Origin: Ylistrum balloti
Lineage: Eukaryota
Assembly (NCBI RefSeq): GCF_031769215.1
Contig: NW_026782491.1
Location: 334,882 to 398,881 of the forward strand
Direction of reading: 5' to 3'
DNA: 64,000 nt
In this document: positions 1 through 12,239 of the stretch, piece by piece
Layout: the number at the start of each line of letters is the position of its first letter
Position numbering within the stretch: position 1 is the stretch's first letter
The notes under the pieces: generated by a model
Database searches by the model: none
What the model was told of the DNA's origin: nothing
The model's input: only the letters and a program-made list of their open reading frames with translations
Position numbers and translations under genes: made by a program

Positions 1-483
1 CTTCGTTTGATTTGTCTACAACTGAGAAGTTTGGGACGTTATTGAGCAATGCACGAGAGAATGTTAAAAACAACCGTCAAACTCACGTGAAGAGCTAATG
101 CAAGCCTTGAACAATGAGTGGAACAACATCTCCTCTCAAATTGTCACCCACCGGTATAAGAACATTAATGGATATGACCTATTTCAATAAATCTGCAGCT
201 GTGAAGAAAAGATTTTTCTAATTTGGTAAATTCGAAAATGTCCATACTGGTTAAACTGTAACCAGTATTTGAACAACCGGGGCATGGTTATATTTTCCTT
301 GTAAGTGCTCAATCGACTCCGTGTAAATCTTTCTTTGGCTATATATATATATATCGTCATAGATTTCATGTCGAATTTACCTTATTGACTATTTTGTAGT
401 GTTGTTTTAGTTAACAATGATAAACTATTCTATCGTTTTTACTTCACAGTGGGATTTGTTTTGCTGTTATACGGCCCTTCCGA

Positions 484-528
484 ATGGATAGCATAGACGA
501 AAGCCGTGTGGCGAGTTCGAAACAAGAG
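484..528 (+). CDS. ASL: Tentative first coding exon of ASL (MDSIDESRVASSKQE), ending at a GT donor
   Basis: ATG at 484 followed by 15 in-frame codons and a gtattg donor, in phase with exon 2 (KEKLWGGRF). There is no homology support for this short exon. Confidence 0.25.
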
Positions 529-1253
529 GTATTGTGTAGTTATAATTGAACATTGAAGACAGTTTGAATTAAGTAAACAAAAACAAAAACGACAGAGCGC
601 CTTCCTCGCGGGCACCAGTTATTTGTTTTGTTACATTCAATCATTTTAGAAATTCTCAGTCACTCTCTTTCAAGAGAGCACACTTCAAAGGCTTCCCAGA
701 ATTACAAAAAAATACAGTTGAACCGACTCTAACCTCTACAATGTTTATTAGAAATGTAAAAATATCGATACTGCGGTAGCCATGGTTTTGTATCAATAAA
801 TGTGCTTTAGGTTTTATGTCAAGGTTGATGGAGAGGCAAGTATACCTTTAAAGGTATATTTTCATTTGACACATTTCCTGCATGTGTGTTGTGTTTACAC
901 AGGGTAATTGCCTTTATAAACAATGCAGGCTAGTTACCCTTGTCATAGCACCGCGATAATGTCAGTATAATGAGAGATGTTGTGGTGTTCTCACGGGGCT
1001 TTCTGCAGTAGTATACTTCGGTATGGTAGCGCTATAAATTTAACAAAGATGTAGTTCCGAAATATCACTAGAACTTACGCAGACATATTGAAGTCCCCCC
1101 TCCCCCCAACAAAAAAAAAAACAAAAAAAACCACATGCACGTAACACGCTAAATCATCATGCATACATGAAGAAGCCGTCCTTAAATGATCACAATGTTA
1201 AAAGGACATTTAATGAACAATAAACCAAACGTATCTGTGAACTGTATGTACAG

Positions 1254-1361
1254 AAAGAGAAGTTATGGGGAGGCAGATTTACAGGAAACACGGATCCGGT
1301 GATGGAAGCCTTCAACTCCTCCGTTCATTACGACAAACGGATGTGGCAAGCGGACGTACAG
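1254..1361 (+). CDS. ASL: Argininosuccinate lyase exon ([36 protein letters not shown])
   Basis: Matches the ASL N-terminus LWGGRF...D..M..F..S...D. The exon follows a cag acceptor and ends at a gtttg donor. Confidence 0.85.
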
Positions 1362-1968
1362 GTTTGTTTTTTTTTACATTGTTTTCATAATTTGAATATT
1401 TCATATTTCATTTACCCATCCTTTTATTGGTAAGTCTTAGTAATGGAAGAGCTGGAGAAATATGGTAAAATTTATTTCAAGAATCCAATCTGAAATCTTA
1501 TTGAAGAAACCAGACCAGATAATGATTTAAAACACATTTTTACTCAGTAAGAAATAAAAGATGTGAAATATTTTAGAGAAAGATGATATATTATGGAAGT
1601 AAAATGTTCTCGTCATAGATGCCGAAAAGATAACCCACATCAACTGCGTGTTCCTTACGTTGTAATAGTCGCACTGAACTCACAGGTGTTTACAATGTTT
1701 TAGCTACTATACCCACAAAAGATTTGAAATGCAATACGCAATACGGACACGACATTATCAAAATACAAGTAATGAAGATTTATGACGGAGTTTAAGAGTC
1801 CCTCAGAGTCACAGCCCAACGACAAATAACAATATTAATATCAATTACAATGACATTAAGTTATTTTTGTATGAAAACATTTATTTAACATCTATAAGAC
1901 AATTTATGTTGAATATTATCATTAAAAAAATTTTTTTTCTGATTTGTTGTCATTTAATGTGATCATAG

Positions 1969-2055
1969 GGAAGCAAGGCGTACGTGTCTGCTATAGAGAA
2001 TGCAGGGTTAGTCACAAAACAGGAGAGGGACGCCATTCGTCAAGGACTTGACAAG
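1969..2055 (+). CDS. ASL: ASL exon (GSKAYVSAIENAGLVTKQERDAIRQGLDK)
   Basis: Homologous to human [29 protein letters not shown]. Flanked by ag and gt splice signals. Confidence 0.85.
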
Positions 2056-2647
2056 GTTAGTCTAATGTAGCAGCAAACATATCCAAGAATAACAACATTG
2101 TGAAAATCTTAACATCGCTTTCAACTGATAAATGTTGTTTTCAGTTTTATCTCAGTGGAGTAAACTTCCTCATCATCATATTCCATAACCACACAGTTTA
2201 ATGGGAAGTTATGATGTATTCATAATCACGTACGAGTATTTCGTAAAGGTTCACTTTTTTGCAGTTTTACTAAAGGTTTGAATCAGTCAGACGTTATATA
2301 TTTTAACTGATTCATGAAGGAGACTATTGCATTCTCAGTAATTTTTGTCTAATAATGTTTTCATTCACCTACATCTCCGAAACCAATGAAAAATAAAACC
2401 ATAGAATGAAAGAACCATTATGCAAATCTCATATCTGTGTTATAGCAGTTTACAGTACACGGCGTTTTAAAGATGTTTCAACTAATGATCTCCTACTCTG
2501 CATTTCTCAAGTTTTATTGTCTTTAAAGCAATACGACTTTCAGTTAATTGGTAAGGGTAACACGATACTTACGGGTTTAACCATCCTATTAGCCCTTAAA
2601 CATATACATGATTTAGATTATATTAAAAGTTTGTTTGTATTAAAAAG

Positions 2648-2731
2648 ATCGCAGAAGAATGGGAAAACAACGTGTTTGATATTCGTCCAGGGGATGAAGA
2701 TATCCACACTGCAAACGAGAGACGTCTGAAG
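2648..2731 (+). CDS. ASL: ASL exon ([28 protein letters not shown])
   Basis: Carries the [13 protein letters not shown] motif that is near-identical to vertebrate ASL. Donor is gtagtt. Confidence 0.9.
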
Positions 2732-4107
2732 GTAGTTCAATTTTGGCACCAAATATCACGTAATGTAGATTTTTATGGTTGTTATAATTGCAGAAAGTTT
2801 ATGACTTTACGGTATACAACCGATGTTTACAAAACTGCTATCAATACAGTGTTTATATTTTGCAAGAAAAAAGCGTATGAATTATACGTTCGCATAGGGA
2901 TTTACACTCCTGGACATGGAAATGTTAATATAAAAATGACACAGGACATTAAGTGTACTTAAAACGTGTCCTTGATTCATTATATATACATTGAGTACAC
3001 AAAATTTAAGACAACGATATTAACTTTATGTACTGAGAGTTGAGACACGAATATGTCTTTATGTACATACAGGACAGTTGTAATGTTTGTGTAAACATTT
3101 CTGTAGCTATCACTGAACCTCGAACCGGAAACGGAGTTTCAATGACAAAGAACTAACGCATAACTGTATCGAGAACATTAAAATGCAGATAATTGACTTT
3201 AAAAAGAGGGTTTTAGTTTTGTCTTTTCCTAGTGAAGAAATTTGTATCATTAAGATATGACGTTAATCTGGAACCAGCAATGACCGAATGGTGGACATTA
3301 GTGAATCTGATCATTTTCTAAGTAGATAGAAACATGGAAACAGCTCAGAAATAAAAATATTCATATTCTTTTTAATGGTTAATTTAGGCAAAATCTATGT
3401 AGTGAAACTTCGTTATTTCGAAGATCGGGTTCATTGGAAAACTTCGAATTATCCGCTTATCCTATTGAAGTAAGATAGAATATTTGGCGAAAAGTCTGGC
3501 TGAGACAGAGACAATACTTAGTACAAAACAGCATCTTCGAGTTGAACGAGTTTGAAGTAACGAGGTTCGTTCGACTGTACATTGTGTTTTTCACTGAAAT
3601 CCTAAACCGTCTTTTTTCTTTAAAAATATTTTCAAAGTATTCGTATTGTTAATTTTATTCCAGTATTGAATCAAAGACTTTAGCAAAGACACTTGTGAAT
3701 AGCACATTGCAATATAAAACTTGAGTTGGATAAATTAGAGCCAAACAACGAGCAAAACTGCATCATAAAGCATTTGGTCCATTCAGGACTCGTCGTTGAT
3801 GATAAGGGCTTGAATTTTGAAGTCTAAGCGGAGATTGAGAAATATCCATAGCTTATTTCCTTGCCTAAAATGCTTCCAATTTTCAGCACTAATTCCATGA
3901 ATCATTAGACATTTAGATGTAATGGCAACAAATACAAGGACGTTTGAAATGACTGAACCATTCGAAGTCATTTAATAAGCCCAGAGGAATTAAATTGAAT
4001 ACATGTACTGATTCTTCACTTATTGTTGAAATTATAAGGAATGTTTGATAACTGCAAGCCATATCCAAATGTTTTTCTCCAAATCTCACTGTTTTCCATT
4101 GAGCCAG

Positions 4108-4262
4108 GAGCTGATTGGACCAACGGCAGGAAAACTACACACTGGTCGTAGTAGAAATGACCAGGTCAGCACTGACATGAGATTGTGGCTACGTACCGCT
4201 TTGGGGGAACTGAAAACATATGTTCTGGACCTGATCAAAGTCATGATCAACAGGGCTAAACA
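4108..4262 (+). CDS. ASL: ASL exon carrying the lyase signature ([29 protein letters not shown]...INRAK)
   Basis: Contains [13 protein letters not shown], the fumarate-lyase / delta-crystallin family motif. Donor is gtatgt, phase 2. Confidence 0.9.
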
Positions 4263-4771
4263 GTATGTAATATGATTTGTTTGACATGAAGTTGCAATTT
4301 GAGTGATTTCTGATGAATCGAGTCTTGTCGCTTTAGTCGTAAACTTGCAACAATTTTATCGGTGAAAATACTCATTAAGCTTTTATTTATAACATCTGAA
4401 ATTGACAATATAAAACACGATCAGACAAACGATAACCCCAAACAAACAATTCGAAATCTCCTATATTGTTGAAATTAATAACTGTCCAATTATCACATAT
4501 ATACTTTTTCAGTTTGAACTGTAGTATACAAGAATATTGCAAAAGAATCGAATATAAACAGCACTACATATATAACCTATGATTGAATTATCTTATATCA
4601 TTACATTACCCGCATTTGAATAGGTGATGCAGTTTTACTGTGGTTTCAAATGGAACTCTGATGTATTTAAATGTGCCTAGAGTTTTTCAGAATTATGATC
4701 AAAGGACAAAAATTGCAAGAAAAAAGAGAGACACTGGTTAGTAATTATTGGTATATGTTTGATCTGTGTAG

Positions 4772-4849
4772 GGAGATGGATGTACTTATGCCTGGTTATA
4801 CCCATCTACAAAGAGCTCAGCCAATCAGATGGAGCCATTGGTTGCTAAG
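4772..4849 (+). CDS. ASL: ASL exon ([26 protein letters not shown])
   Basis: Carries the conserved [17 protein letters not shown] block. The reading phase is continuous with the previous exon. Confidence 0.9.
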
Positions 4850-5354
4850 GTATCCATTATGTACATGATGTAAACAATTTAGTGTTCATGTTATTGTTTT
4901 AATTGAAAATAAAATAAAAAAAAAAACTTACCTTTACGTTCATCTTGATTGCTATCCATATACATGATGGCACCCATTTTATATGTAGTAGCTGAAAATT
5001 CATCAAAGGGTTCTCACTGGCAAAGCTTTTCTTCTTCCGTTTTTTTCTTTGGAATATTTTATTAAAGCCCGTTGATGCAAGAAAACTGTAGCGTATGATA
5101 GTTAAGGTCAAACTTTTTCAGTATGTCCAACCCCGTTTAGGTGACATGCGTGACTTATACACGTCATATGTGATGCATTTTTGTAAGTAAACTATATAAA
5201 TATGGTTTTCAATGGATTAAATAGTTAACAATACATACACGTTTGGTATACCACATGCAGTCAGTCAGTTTTGTTGAGAGAAAGGGACTGGTTGAATGAT
5301 TTTGTATAAAATACGTTCTTAATTAACTCGTATACATTATCCTTTTTTTATCAG

Positions 5355-5432
5355 TTATGCTTGGATGCTAAGACGAGACGTTGAACGCCTTACAGAACTA
5401 TCTGAGAGAGTTAATATTTTACCTTTGGGGAG
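5355..5432 (+). CDS. ASL: ASL exon (SYAWMLRRDVERLTELSERVNILPLGS)
   Basis: Homologous to human [26 protein letters not shown]. Confidence 0.85.
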
Positions 5433-5781
5433 GTATGATATTCTTCATGAACATAATTTGTATCGCTGCAAGTATACTTCGACATTTATATCGAATAATT
5501 AAAAAAAAAATGATTTTCGTTAGTCGCATCAAAGGTTTCAAAATTTAGGCCTTTAACATCACTGAAGAGTTACAGAACAGATGCAGTTATATACATATAA
5601 CTCTACTTTATCTAATTCTAAATTAATGAATGCTATTCATTCGTGTGTAATCGAATTATTGGAGACTTCAATTAACCCTAGTGATAACACTAATATGATA
5701 GTACAATAAGAATCAGATGATGACGTATTGGCGTAGTAATGTTTTGATTCCGTTTTTGGATTTCCTAAATTTTCTTTTTAG

Positions 5782-5834
5782 TGGGGCTCTAGCTGGAAAT
5801 CCTTTCGCTGTGGACAGAGGCTTTCTTGCCAAAG
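5782..5834 (+). CDS. ASL: ASL exon (SGALAGNPFAVDRGFLAK)
   Basis: Homologous to GAIAGNPLGVDRELLRAEL. Flanked by ag and gt. Confidence 0.85.
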
Positions 5835-6191
5835 GTAATTGATTGGAATTACTTATACTTGTCAAATACATCTCGAAGTACTTTTAATGCAATGACTAAT
5901 TAAAAATAACATATCTCATATTATGCCACTATGAGGGCACCATGTGTAAACTTCCATTTATTTATTTTTTTTAATTTGATGACGATTTTTTAAACACGTG
6001 TCTGAAATTAAATAAGAATTAAAAGTAAGCAATGCGAATAAATATATATCGTAAACTTGTCATTTGCTAGAATCAAAACGTGTCTAGATTTGTTTTATTT
6101 ATGATAGAATATAAACAATTTTTAAGAAATATTTATTTATTTGTAGACTGCTTTTGTTGAAAATTGAAATTGTGTGTAATATTTTTTCCAG

Positions 6192-6254
6192 AGCTTGGAT
6201 TTATTGACGTGTCAGGGAATAGCTTGGATGCTGTTAGCGACCGAGATTTTGTTG
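6192..6254 (+). CDS. ASL: ASL exon (ELGFIDVSGNSLDAVSDRDFV)
   Basis: Homologous to [21 protein letters not shown]. Confidence 0.85.
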
Positions 6255-6874
6255 GTAATCATTAACCATTTTCTAGATCAAGCATTTCTTTGAAGATAAT
6301 GACACTGTATACATCAATATGTTATAAACAATCATATAGTAGTTTCGTGCTGTATGTTGTGTATGTGGTACTATATTTGTTATGTAATGTATTTGTTGAG
6401 GGGTTCATTGGTAAAATAAAACTACACATGATTAAGGTAATCGAAAGAGCTTGGATAAAGATGGTATAGTCATATTAAGAGCTGAAACAGATAGTGTAAG
6501 ATAAGATTACTCAAAAGACACACAAGTGGAGAGCATATTTTAGTTAAGATTTAGAGTTAGATAGAGCAGAGCCAAACAATGATTTAAACTGTATCATACA
6601 TGTTTTTCTTTCTTATAGGACTCATCAGCGATGCTAATTCATTTTACAAATACATCAGTTTTCATACCTTGTTTCGAATTAAGTTTAATGAATTCCACTT
6701 TTTATCATTTGGTATTAATTTATGATACATTTATTTACCTATAGATTGCTAGTTCTCAGTCCCAACAATAGACACGTGCAATTTTGTTCTCGTAGGGAGT
6801 ACTTGCTCTGAACAACTAGAAAATACACTATTTTGACATCTCATTTATAAAAATGCATTTTGTTATTATTACAG

Positions 6875-6989
6875 CGGAATTCCTATTCTGGGCTTCCATG
6901 TTGGGGGTTCACTTGAGTCGTTGGGCAGAGGATTTAATATTGTACTGCAGTAAGGAATTTGGCTTCATTACATTATCAGATGCGTACAG
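6875..6989 (+). CDS. ASL: ASL exon ([39 protein letters not shown])
   Basis: Near-identical to human [39 protein letters not shown]. Confidence 0.9.
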
Positions 6990-7288
6990 GTAAACACTGT
7001 TTTCTTAAATTTAGATTAAATTGGGATTATTTATATATATATGATCAGTTCTATAGTCTTTTACGATAATCATGATGTTTTCCGGTATTTTCAGGAATAA
7101 AGAAAGTTGATGTTATCCTATCATATGTTTTATGCGTATGATATTATTTTGATTTTAGTTTTAATCCAAACACATGATAAAACTGAAATTGGAATCGTTT
7201 AAAGGTATTTGATAACTAAAATACCTGAATTGTTATGCTGTATATAAAACGGTGATTGCATTGCTGTAATAGTACGGAACTATTCTAG

Positions 7289-7373
7289 TACCGGAAGCAG
7301 TCTAATGCCACAGAAAAAGAATGCAGATAGTTTGGAGTTGATACGTGGAAAAGCCGGAAGACTATTCGGAAAG
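7289..7373 (+). CDS. ASL: ASL exon ([29 protein letters not shown])
   Basis: Carries the catalytic-loop motif [12 protein letters not shown]. Confidence 0.9.
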
Positions 7374-7824
7374 GTCAGACCGAGTTTTAAACCTTATAAG
7401 TAATTACCACATAACTGCCATTTGTATTACTGTTCCTAGAAAGAATAGACGACAGATGTTTCATTAAATGGTTCCCAATATGGTGAGCACACGTTTTTCT
7501 GTACTTTAAGCTTAATGCGAATCTAATATATAATCACATTTTTAACACACTTTCACAATTTTAACAGATTATGTGTGAACAACAAATATGACGTCTATTA
7601 AGTTTATTTGGATTTTCACTTAAAGCTTCAGGCAGGTATACAACGTTATCCAGTGAATATAAGTAAGCGATTTTTTCGGAGAACTGGTTTGACGTGCTAA
7701 TATGAATATGGAAATGTATATTGTCGTTTTCTTAATTCCATTTGGTAACTTATTCGCGTATTTCAGAAAAATTAATTATTTTGTTTAACACAACATGAAA
7801 TCGTTTTCCTTTTATTTGTTTCAG

Positions 7825-7884
7825 TGTTCAGGCTTCATGATGACGCTTAAAGGTATACCAAGTACATATAATAAAGATTTACAG
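7825..7884 (+). CDS. ASL: ASL exon ([20 protein letters not shown])
   Basis: Homologous to [20 protein letters not shown]. Confidence 0.9.
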
Positions 7885-9239
7885 GTAAATGATACTATAT
7901 ACAATTTACACACACATATCATAAAATACTACTCAGTTAAATTTTTTTAAATGCTTTGATCGAGTTTCAAAATTTTGGAAAATAAATTTTGATAAACCCA
8001 ATTCAATGATACCACAAAATCCGTTTAAATAATCAATTTTTTTATGCTTGTGACGGTACTTGTAAAAGAAGAGGTACCATGATATACATGTTTGTCCATT
8101 TGTATAGATAGAAGATCTAAAACTTTAAATGTGTCTTATAATTTATGTATGAATGATACGTGACGAGGACACCAGTTGTCTGTCTTCATTTGATTTTAAG
8201 AAATAAGACCGTCTGAAACTGATGTGTAAAGAAAGTAAAAAAAAAATGTATGTTTCTTAAAGCAACAAAATGACACATGTTGGTCACGTGTTGTTTCTGA
8301 TGAAAGAATAAACTCGTTATGACATTATGAGTGTACTATACATGAAAAGTACAGGACAAATGTGTAATCTTTCAGACAGCTTATACAATTAAGGAATGCT
8401 TAGGTGAAAGTTTAACTACTTGTCGATGAAACAGAAGACGCTATATGTCCCGGAACCTCTAGTCTTATACTCCTTATAATTGTTAGGGAGTCTCCTTGTA
8501 GACCTTTCTGCTGTTCATTTTCTGCGCTTATTTTATTGACTTTCATTTTGGATTATGATTATGTTGACATGTTGGTATTTTCTTGTTTTTCTTTGTCAGC
8601 TACGCAGTTGCGCAGTGAACTCACATGACTTGTTTAATAATATGACCTCCGATATCGGTGTAATCAGCACGGTTTCCTATACCAGACAACTATTTAAATT
8701 TCAAATAATACCGGTCACAATCTTTGATTCGACCGTTATTTGTACTTTTCTCGGACTAAACCTGATTTCGGTTCATTTCATCAAAACCTATTATTTCAGC
8801 CAAACATATTGAATTACAAAGTTGAACTGTAAAATATTCACACACATAAAAGCTTGTATGAACAGTCTCTTGGTTGCTAATATGTCTAATTGAATGTTAA
8901 AAAAATCTATCATTTAATGCATTGAATCTTAGTAAATGCGGGATAATTACGCACAAAAAGCTGTAAATTTTGACTCAGCTGCAGACAGTTTGTTTACGAT
9001 TTTCCCATCAAATATCCAGTAGGTTTGCAATAATTTTGCTCTCTGTAAATCTATTCTGCTTAATGCATGTGATTTGTCAAATAGGATGTATGGTTTTATA
9101 CCTGTCAGTTGCCGTTTGCGCTTTTGCTGTTATGCTTTGCAATCAGTAGAATTGGATATCAAAAGAAACTCCTACAAATAATCCGATGAATTGTTCTTTT
9201 TATGATGCTTAATCCAATATTTTTGTTCTATTTGAACAG

Positions 9240-9323
9240 GAAGATAAGGAGAGCATGTTTGACACATACGACACTCTTTGCGGTATACTGAAAGTATCAA
9301 CAGGTGTGTTGTCTACGTTACAG
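9240..9323 (+). CDS. ASL: ASL exon ([28 protein letters not shown])
   Basis: Homologous to [28 protein letters not shown]. Confidence 0.85.
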
Positions 9324-9565
9324 GTCAGTAAATGAGAAAAATGGCATGATTGTCTAATGCATGGTTACCGTGAAAAGGTATTTTTCTTTCTCGATATTTT
9401 CGAGGATTGATCGAAATCGCGAAAACAAGTATCATGTAAATAAAATATACAGAGAAAGTCGTAGTTTCCTTGAAAGAAAAGTTTAGATAATGTATACATT
9501 TTGTTTTAAACGTTTTTTCTTCAGATGTATAATGTCAGTATGTAAGCCTCTTAAGGTTGATTATC

Positions 9566-9790
9566 AATGCCTTCCTTATCATTAACGATATTGTTTTATG
9601 ATTCGCAAGGGCAAAATGGTTGGTTTTGGGTGGCTTTTCATTTAGATGTCCATGGTTCGATTCCCAGAAAGGATTTAAAACGTATTGCGTCACACCCGAA
9701 AACGTGGTTTTTCCTCGGGTACCCAGGTTTCTTTCCCACACCTTGCGAGCTTCCACCCAGACCAAAAAGAGTGATTGATAGATAATTTCG
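9566..9790 (+). mobile_element. Putative tRNA-derived SINE-like insertion in ASL intron 13
   Basis: A tRNA-like head with a T-arm-like GGTTCGATTCCCAG box sits in a GC-richer island inside an AT-rich intron, followed by roughly 120 bp of body. I cannot confirm A/B boxes or a target-site duplication by eye. Confidence 0.25.
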
Positions 9791-9897
9791 AAAAAAGAAA
9801 ATTGCAAGAGTAAATTTACGGTTAATTATATATTGGATATATATGATTAGTGTTAAAGACTTATCATTATATAAGTTTCCGTCTATACTTTTAACAG

Positions 9898-9978
9898 ATA
9901 CACCCGGAGCAGATGCTTGCTGCACTAAGTCCTGATATGTTAGCTACCGACATTGCCTATTACCTTGTCCGAAAAGGG
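9898..9978 (+). CDS. ASL: ASL exon ([27 protein letters not shown])
   Basis: Homologous to [27 protein letters not shown]. Confidence 0.9.
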
Positions 9979-11025
9979 GTTTGTCATATTAAGTTTTCAC
10001 TCACCACCATCGAAAACTGAGGTCTTTTAATTTGTCATATGTGTTTACAGTAATAATCATGTTGTTTTCATTGATATAGATATGCAGAGGTTAGATGAAT
10101 TGAACTCGAAATACACGTACTATCAATTATTTGCATTTAAAGACATAGTTGCTACATATTAAATTTGAGGCATTTACTTGAATATTGTTCACTAACTAAA
10201 TCATAACTGTATACATTTACTCCACTGACAAGACCTACAAGACCGAAACAGGTGTATGATTATTCAATTAGGTGTTATATATTTTTGTGTCTTGTGTACA
10301 ATCCTTTTGTGTATATACTATCAAAATGATGAATCATAAGCTTATTACTGGTATATTAGAGGTAATAAGTTGTTAAAGTATATCTTATTCATGTACATTA
10401 AACATCTTTGATAACACATATTAAACACGCTAGTTTAACCCAATTTGTTCTTGGTCAGATTTAACAGTTAAAAATAGGTTCTTGAAATAACTTTTCATAA
10501 ATTTTGCAATCTGTCGCCCTCTTCACTATTTGTATTCTAATTTAAAAAGCAACATGAAGTTACTACTGAAATGAGTAAGAGAGAAAAATTCTACTACACA
10601 TCTACTGTATGAAGTTCGACGTATTCGATGTCGTTCTTAACTATTCACGTTATATCGCTTTGATTGACCGATATGTGTAAATATGTCGTTGATAAAACGG
10701 TCAACGCTTATCATTCTGGAACATTTGATATTTTTCCAAGGACCTAATTCTGATAGGTTGTCTGTTGATTTAGAGTCTTTATTTAGAAATTTTAGTTGTG
10801 TTTACCATCCATTAATTTCTTACCGATGGTTTAATATAATGGACTCAAATAATAAAATAACAGTTTATAATTGTAATATAATGTGTATCATGGTTCTTAA
10901 AATCACCTTTGTATTATCGGTAGATTTTACTGTACCTACATGACTGACTCTCTGACCTCTTGTTTCCCCTTGTCTGAGTCAATTTATACTCTTTGATTCA
11001 TTTCAATTATTTTCTCATCGCCTAG

Positions 11026-11132
11026 GTGCCATTCCGACAAGCTCATGGTCTTTCTGGTACATGCGTGGCGATGGCGGAGAAGAAACAATGCTTGTTGTCC
11101 GATTTGTCATTAGAGGATTTGAAGAGTATCAG
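11026..11132 (+). CDS. ASL: ASL exon (VPFRQAHGLSGTCVAMAEKKQCLLSDLSLEDLKSI)
   Basis: Homologous to [35 protein letters not shown]. Confidence 0.85.
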
Positions 11133-11377
11133 GTCTGTAATAAGAGAAAAATAAGTAGGAAATATCACCAATGTCATGTTTACATCAAACCCTATACTAC
11201 TGATGTTTTACCATACTCATTATCTAGAAGTACACAATATCGTATAAAATGCTTTTTATCTGTATAGTTATTAATTGGATTTAAAGATTGGTGTTGGTTC
11301 TTAAACATCCTAATCATAATCCCAAAGGATTTGTTTCCTCCCGATTTCATCAGCATTGTGATTTTTCTCTGTTACAG

Positions 11378-11519
11378 TCCTTGTGTTGAGAGTGACATTG
11401 CTGATCTTTGGAATTACGAGAACTCTGTAGACCAGTACAGTACATATGGCGGGACAGGGAAGGCTAGCGTCATTCAACAGCTACAGAACTTAAGCGCGTG
11501 GCTGGATGGACTTCATTGA
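11378..11519 (+). CDS. ASL: ASL terminal exon (SPCVESDIADLWNYENSVDQYSTYGGTGKASVIQQLQNLSAWLDGLH, stop)
   Basis: Homologous to [32 protein letters not shown]. TGA stop at 11517-11519. Summed exon lengths stay in frame: 1380 nt without exon 1, 1425 nt with it. Confidence 0.85.
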
Positions 11520-11540
11520 CGTAATGTTCATATATGACGT

Positions 11541-11985
11541 TGTTACCCTCAGCCTCCGGATACAATAGAGAAAATAACAATTAACTCTTGTCTTCGGTTC
11601 TAAACTGTATTAAGACTGGAAGGTACGAGTAGACGTGTGCCTAGCTCGGAGGTTTACATTGGACTGATTAAAAAATGCATGATACAGACAATTTACAGAT
11701 ACAATCAAACAGATGAAAGTAATAATTATCAGAGATGAAGATAAGAGTGAAGGAATTCTAAAGTCTGTTTAAACTCTTGAAACTCCAGCAGGGGTCATTA
11801 ATTGACCTTATCTGGCATACTACAACATTAACTGGTCATCGGCTGGTCACTACGCCTAATGTCCTGACAGTATGAAATTTATATGACATGGTACTGGCTA
11901 ACATCAGACACCCTAAAATTGTACGATGAGCCGGAACACTAATTAAACTCGCCACTCACTCGGTGTCATTATTTCACTCTTAACA
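11541..11985 (-). repeat. 3' LTR of the element (in - strand orientation)
   Basis: Near-identical copy of 13945-14390, with TG...CA termini. Confidence 0.8.
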
Positions 11986-11998
11986 TCTCCCCCTTAAG
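11986..11998 (-). other. Polypurine tract (PPT)
   Basis: On the - strand the sequence AAGGGGGAGA lies immediately 5' of the 3' LTR. Confidence 0.55.
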
Positions 11999-12239
11999 AT
12001 AAATTTCACGGGTTAATGTTGTCTGGAACACATAATCCACAGAGTGACTTTATAATAATCAATCTATCACTACAACTGTTCGTGTCCAAGTTCATGTCCT
12101 TAGTCTCTGCACTGAGATTTAATCCTGTTGGAATTTGCTATTTCACTACTGCCTACACTATTAAATTATTTTATTGCACAGAATATTAACATAAACAAGT
12201 TACAAAATGATTTTAAAAGTTTCATTCTTCTCTTTGCCT

